Translations under genes and position numbers: made by a program | Shown here: piece by piece, positions 7,633-10,166 of the stretch | Layout of the letters: each line of letters starts with the position of its first letter | How positions within the stretch are numbered: the first letter of the stretch is position 1 | Source of the DNA: Candidatus Thorarchaeota archaeon | Lineage (GTDB): Archaea; Asgardarchaeota; Thorarchaeia; Thorarchaeales; Thorarchaeaceae | Assembly (NCBI GenBank): GCA_029858305.1 | Contig: JAOUFI010000081.1 | Span: forward strand, 1-10,166 | Direction: 5' to 3' | Length of the DNA: 10,166 nucleotides | Notes under the pieces: model-generated | Databases searched by the model: none | The model's input: only the letters and a program-made list of their open reading frames with translations | What the model was told of the DNA's origin: nothing

Positions 7633-8436
7633 CTATTTTTGACATGTCTGGCAGTAACTTGTCTTGAAACGGTTTGCGCGCACCTCAGAAACTCGCCCAC
7701 CGCATAGAGGGCATATACCTCCCCCCTTATTGTGAATCATCAAGAAGTCTCGTTTCTCTGTGGTGATATCATCTAAAGATCGCTCCGCAAGAATTTCTTC
7801 GATGCGAAAAAGAACCTTCTTCATTGATAGATAGAGCATTTCAATCTCTTGAAGACTTAGCGAGACCCGTTTTCTGAAGGGCAGGATACCAGCATAAAGA
7901 AGAATCTCATCAGCATAGGCGTTTCCTATACCCTTCAAGAACCGCTGATTGCGCAAGACACTCTTTATCTGCCCATTAAACTGCTTAATTCGTAGTGTGA
8001 AATCCTCCAGAGACAATGTGGGATTCATCGCCGATGGACCACGGCCGCTAAACCCAGCCACCAAAGAATAATCGCCTCTTGGGACAAGATATACACGTCC
8101 CATCTTCTTGGTGTCCGAATACCACAGAGAAGGACCATCAGTTTGAATAGAAACCATATCTATTCTTGTTGGATTTCGATATCGTTTGAATGCTCTAAAT
8201 CTCCCAGTTAGCATAGGATTAATGACTATATCGTGATCATTAAGGTGCACTATCAGAAATTTCCCATCAGCTTCGCACTTCTGGACTGTTTCTCCAATTG
8301 CACCTCTGGAAAATTCCTCAATAGTGAGTCCATGAATGACAATATGGTTATAGACTGAAATCTGTGAAATCGCATGACCTGCCAATAGATTTGTGATATG
8401 TTCACTAATCACAAGCAATTCTGGGAGCTCTGGCAT
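7633..8436 (-). CDS. Fpg/Nei family DNA glycosylase/AP lyase (Fpg2/MutM2-like)
   Basis: The true start must be ATG 8436, giving the catalytic N-terminus MPELPEL (267 aa). Also GKFL, the H2TH motif LRNQRFLKGIGNAYADEIL and a C-terminal Zn finger CPLC...CQTCQ. Confidence 0.93.
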   Translation of the reverse strand: MPELPELLVISEHITNLLAGHAISQISVYNHIVIHGLTIEEFSRGAIGETVQKCEADGKFLIVHLNDHDIVINPMLTGRFRAFKRYRNPTRIDMVSIQTDGPSLWYSDTKKMGRVYLVPRGDYSLVAGFSGRGPSAMNPTLSLEDFTLRIKQFNGQIKSVLRNQRFLKGIGNAYADEILLYAGILPFRKRVSLSLQEIEMLYLSMKKVLFRIEEILAERSLDDITTEKRDFLMIHNKGGGICPLCGGRVSEVRANRFKTSYCQTCQK

Positions 8437-8549
8437 GATAACTCTCGCCCATTGTGTGCATCCCGGAGATAAGAACAATATGTATTTGTGAAGCATAACG
8501 ACCAAAAGGTAGGATGAATCTGTATCTTCTTGTTTAGGAGAGCACTGCC
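8437..8549. promoter_or_regulatory. Divergent intergenic region; SD-like AGGAG at 8536-8540 for the plus-strand gene
   Basis: 113-nt spacer between head-to-head genes with an AT-rich core (AATATGTATTT). AGGAG lies 9 nt upstream of ATG 8550. TATA boxes not assignable with certainty. Confidence 0.4.
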
Positions 8550-9203
8550 ATGCAATATCGCAAGAAAATGATGACTGCTGTTGCTCTAACATTAATAGTG
8601 ACACTAATTGTTTCAGTATCAACAGAAAGTCTTCGAGATTATCTATATTTCACATGGCAGGTGCAAGAAGGTGAACATTTCATCTTTGAAGTATCTGTAG
8701 ATGGGTATAGTGAGACCGGGAATGTATTATTCCCTGTCGCACAGGCGGTTTTGAATAATACCAGACTTATGGTCGAGATAGTTTCTCTTCCTATGGACTC
8801 AATTATAATAGATGGAAAGATCTATGCAGAATATATCATAGAGTATTTGAAGACAAACCTGAGCTTTGAAAATGGGACTGCAATACCCCTGAACCTGATA
8901 TTTGAGATGAATAACCTTGTTTCAAGATGCTTCGTTCCAAGAGGACCTTGGAATCTTCTAGACTCGTTTTATCCAGACAATTTTGTACAGCCAATAAATG
9001 CTACAGCAGAGTCCTACATTTCACATTTCCAGGGTAACTCATTCTACATTGGATATGTTTCATATAGCGTCAATAGGGGCACTGGCTGGAATTGTGTTTG
9101 CTCTATGAGTACAGGAGTGCCTTCAACCATGAAAACATGGGCTTGGAGTTACGGAGGATTGCATGAATATTCCTACAATGTTACTCTAAATTTGGTGGGG
9201 TAA
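8550..9203 (+). CDS. Hypothetical exported or N-terminally anchored glycoprotein
   Basis: 217 aa. Basic N-region (RKK) plus hydrophobic stretch AVALTLIVTLIVSV. Five N-x-S/T sequons (NNT, NLS, NGT, NAT, NVT) in an aromatic, beta-rich body. SD present. Confidence 0.75.
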   Translation: MQYRKKMMTAVALTLIVTLIVSVSTESLRDYLYFTWQVQEGEHFIFEVSVDGYSETGNVLFPVAQAVLNNTRLMVEIVSLPMDSIIIDGKIYAEYIIEYLKTNLSFENGTAIPLNLIFEMNNLVSRCFVPRGPWNLLDSFYPDNFVQPINATAESYISHFQGNSFYIGYVSYSVNRGTGWNCVCSMSTGVPSTMKTWAWSYGGLHEYSYNVTLNLVG

Positions 9204-9249
9204 AGACACGCAAATATCACTTAAGTCAAGATTAGACAATGGAAAAGTT

Positions 9250-9846
9250 ATGCCAGAACCGATGGTTTTTCACATTCAGAAGGGCCGTCTTGTCAAGATG
9301 CCAGATCCAGGGGCATTCGGAAGAGGAGACTGCTATCTAGTAGATGCAGGCCTGAAAATATACCTCTGGATTGGCCCCAAGTCGACCGTTGACGAAAAAT
9401 TCCTGACTGCAGCAACTGCAGTAATGCGGGACACAAATCGAGAAGGCAAGGCGGACATCGACCGTATCGAGGGAGGAAATGAACCTCCTGAGTTCAAAGC
9501 CTTGTTTGATGATTTCAGACTAACTGATGAAGATACTGAGGGAATTCTTAGGAAAGTGCACCTCGAAACTCATGAGTACAAGCTCTGGAAAGTGCATCGT
9601 GAAGGTGATGAGACCTTCTTCGCAGAAGTTCCCTTAAACAAGAATTCATTGAAGTCGGATGATGTTTTTATTCTCGACACTTGGGACGATATATGGGTGT
9701 GGCGAGGAAAGCAAGCTTCAGCCCGAGAGAAATTCGATGGGAATATCCTCGCTCGAAGATATGACGCAGAGCGTGTTGGTGTTCAAGACATCGAAATCAT
9801 TGAAGAGGGCGAAGAGCCAGAAGAGTTCAAAAAAGCATTCCCATAG
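9250..9846 (+). CDS. Two-domain gelsolin-family protein (Asgard 2DGel-type actin regulator)
   Basis: 198 aa with two gelsolin repeats: FGRGDCYLVDAGLKIYLWIGPKSTVDEK...IEGGNEPPEFKALF and LKSDDVFILDTWDDIWVWRGKQASAREK...IEEGEEPEEFKKAF. Linker GILRKV. Confidence 0.93.
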   Translation: MPEPMVFHIQKGRLVKMPDPGAFGRGDCYLVDAGLKIYLWIGPKSTVDEKFLTAATAVMRDTNREGKADIDRIEGGNEPPEFKALFDDFRLTDEDTEGILRKVHLETHEYKLWKVHREGDETFFAEVPLNKNSLKSDDVFILDTWDDIWVWRGKQASAREKFDGNILARRYDAERVGVQDIEIIEEGEEPEEFKKAFP

Positions 9847-9848
9847 AC

Positions 9849-10166
9849 TTACACAAGTCTGTAGTGACCTGGTCGGGGTTCATAAAGAACCCCTCCGTCC
9901 TTCATCCGTGCCAAGGTCTCTGCAGCAATATAGCGTTCAACTCCGGCTTCTTGAGCAATTTCATCCAGAGTTGGACCTAGAGAGCCACGTTTTCCCGTGT
10001 CAAGTAGCCGAATAGCTTTCAATACCTTGGTATTGAACTGGTGAATGCGGCTGTCTTTGCCCCAATCTGCCTCGGAGGTCCTTTTAATTTCGGATAGTTC
10101 CATGAACTCTTTTAATGCTGGTTCAAGAATTCGATCCCAGGCTTGTTTTATTTCACTTGCACTAAT
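9849..10166 (-). CDS. C-terminal fragment of a winged-helix-terminated protein, probably MCM-like; gene starts beyond the right edge
   Basis: The frame stays open upstream of Met 10103 to the window end: ISASEIKQAWDRILEPALKEF-MELSEIKR...TLDEIAQEAGVERYIAAETLARMKDGGVLYEPRPGHYRLV. The terminal GxxYEPxPGxYxxV is typical of archaeal MCM and RPA32 winged helices. Confidence 0.6.
   Translation of the reverse strand: MSASEIKQAWDRILEPALKEFMELSEIKRTSEADWGKDSRIHQFNTKVLKAIRLLDTGKRGSLGPTLDEIAQEAGVERYIAAETLARMKDGGVLYEPRPGHYRLV

Noticed and set aside
8437-8622. 62-aa N-terminal extension of the Fpg/Nei ORF in the track
   Set aside because: Fpg/Nei needs Pro2 as the free N-terminal nucleophile. The extension also overlaps the opposite-strand gene and its SD.
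9659-10015. 118-aa plus-strand ORF spanning the gelsolin 3' end and the convergent gene
   Set aside because: Out-of-frame overlap with two supported genes, Ser/Lys-rich composition and no motif.
1-10166. tRNA/ncRNA, CRISPR array, IS element, prophage or defence system
   Set aside because: Intergenic spaces are at most about 113 nt with no cloverleaf, regular repeats or terminal inverted repeats visible by eye. No transposase, integrase or defence domains were recognised.

Overview
Gene-dense archaeal chromosomal segment, most likely from an Asgard archaeon (Thorarchaeia-like). That assignment is inferred from a stand-alone two-domain gelsolin, a tandem Lrp/AsnC-like protein, a TrmB-family protein and a sequon-rich exported protein. 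Left to right: the 5' end of an L-asparaginase (minus, missed by the ORF track); a divergent geranylgeranyl-reductase-family flavoprotein (plus); seven co-directional minus-strand genes (in transcription order: Fpg/Nei glycosylase, M20 metallohydrolase, LLM/F420-type oxidoreductase, RdgB/Ham1 pyrophosphatase, TrmB-family protein, duplicated Lrp-like protein, RNase Z); an exported hypothetical protein and the gelsolin (plus); and the 3' end of a convergent winged-helix-terminated, probably MCM-like, gene. I see no RNA genes, CRISPR arrays, mobile elements or DNA repeats. I cannot demonstrate a complete new system. The best leads are the gelsolin with an LRKV linker, the uncharacterised double-Lrp protein next to a TrmBL2-like protein, the atypical Fpg2-like glycosylase and the Rv2951c-like oxidoreductase coupled to M20 and RdgB. 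All family comparisons are by eye against remembered consensus motifs; no searches were run.
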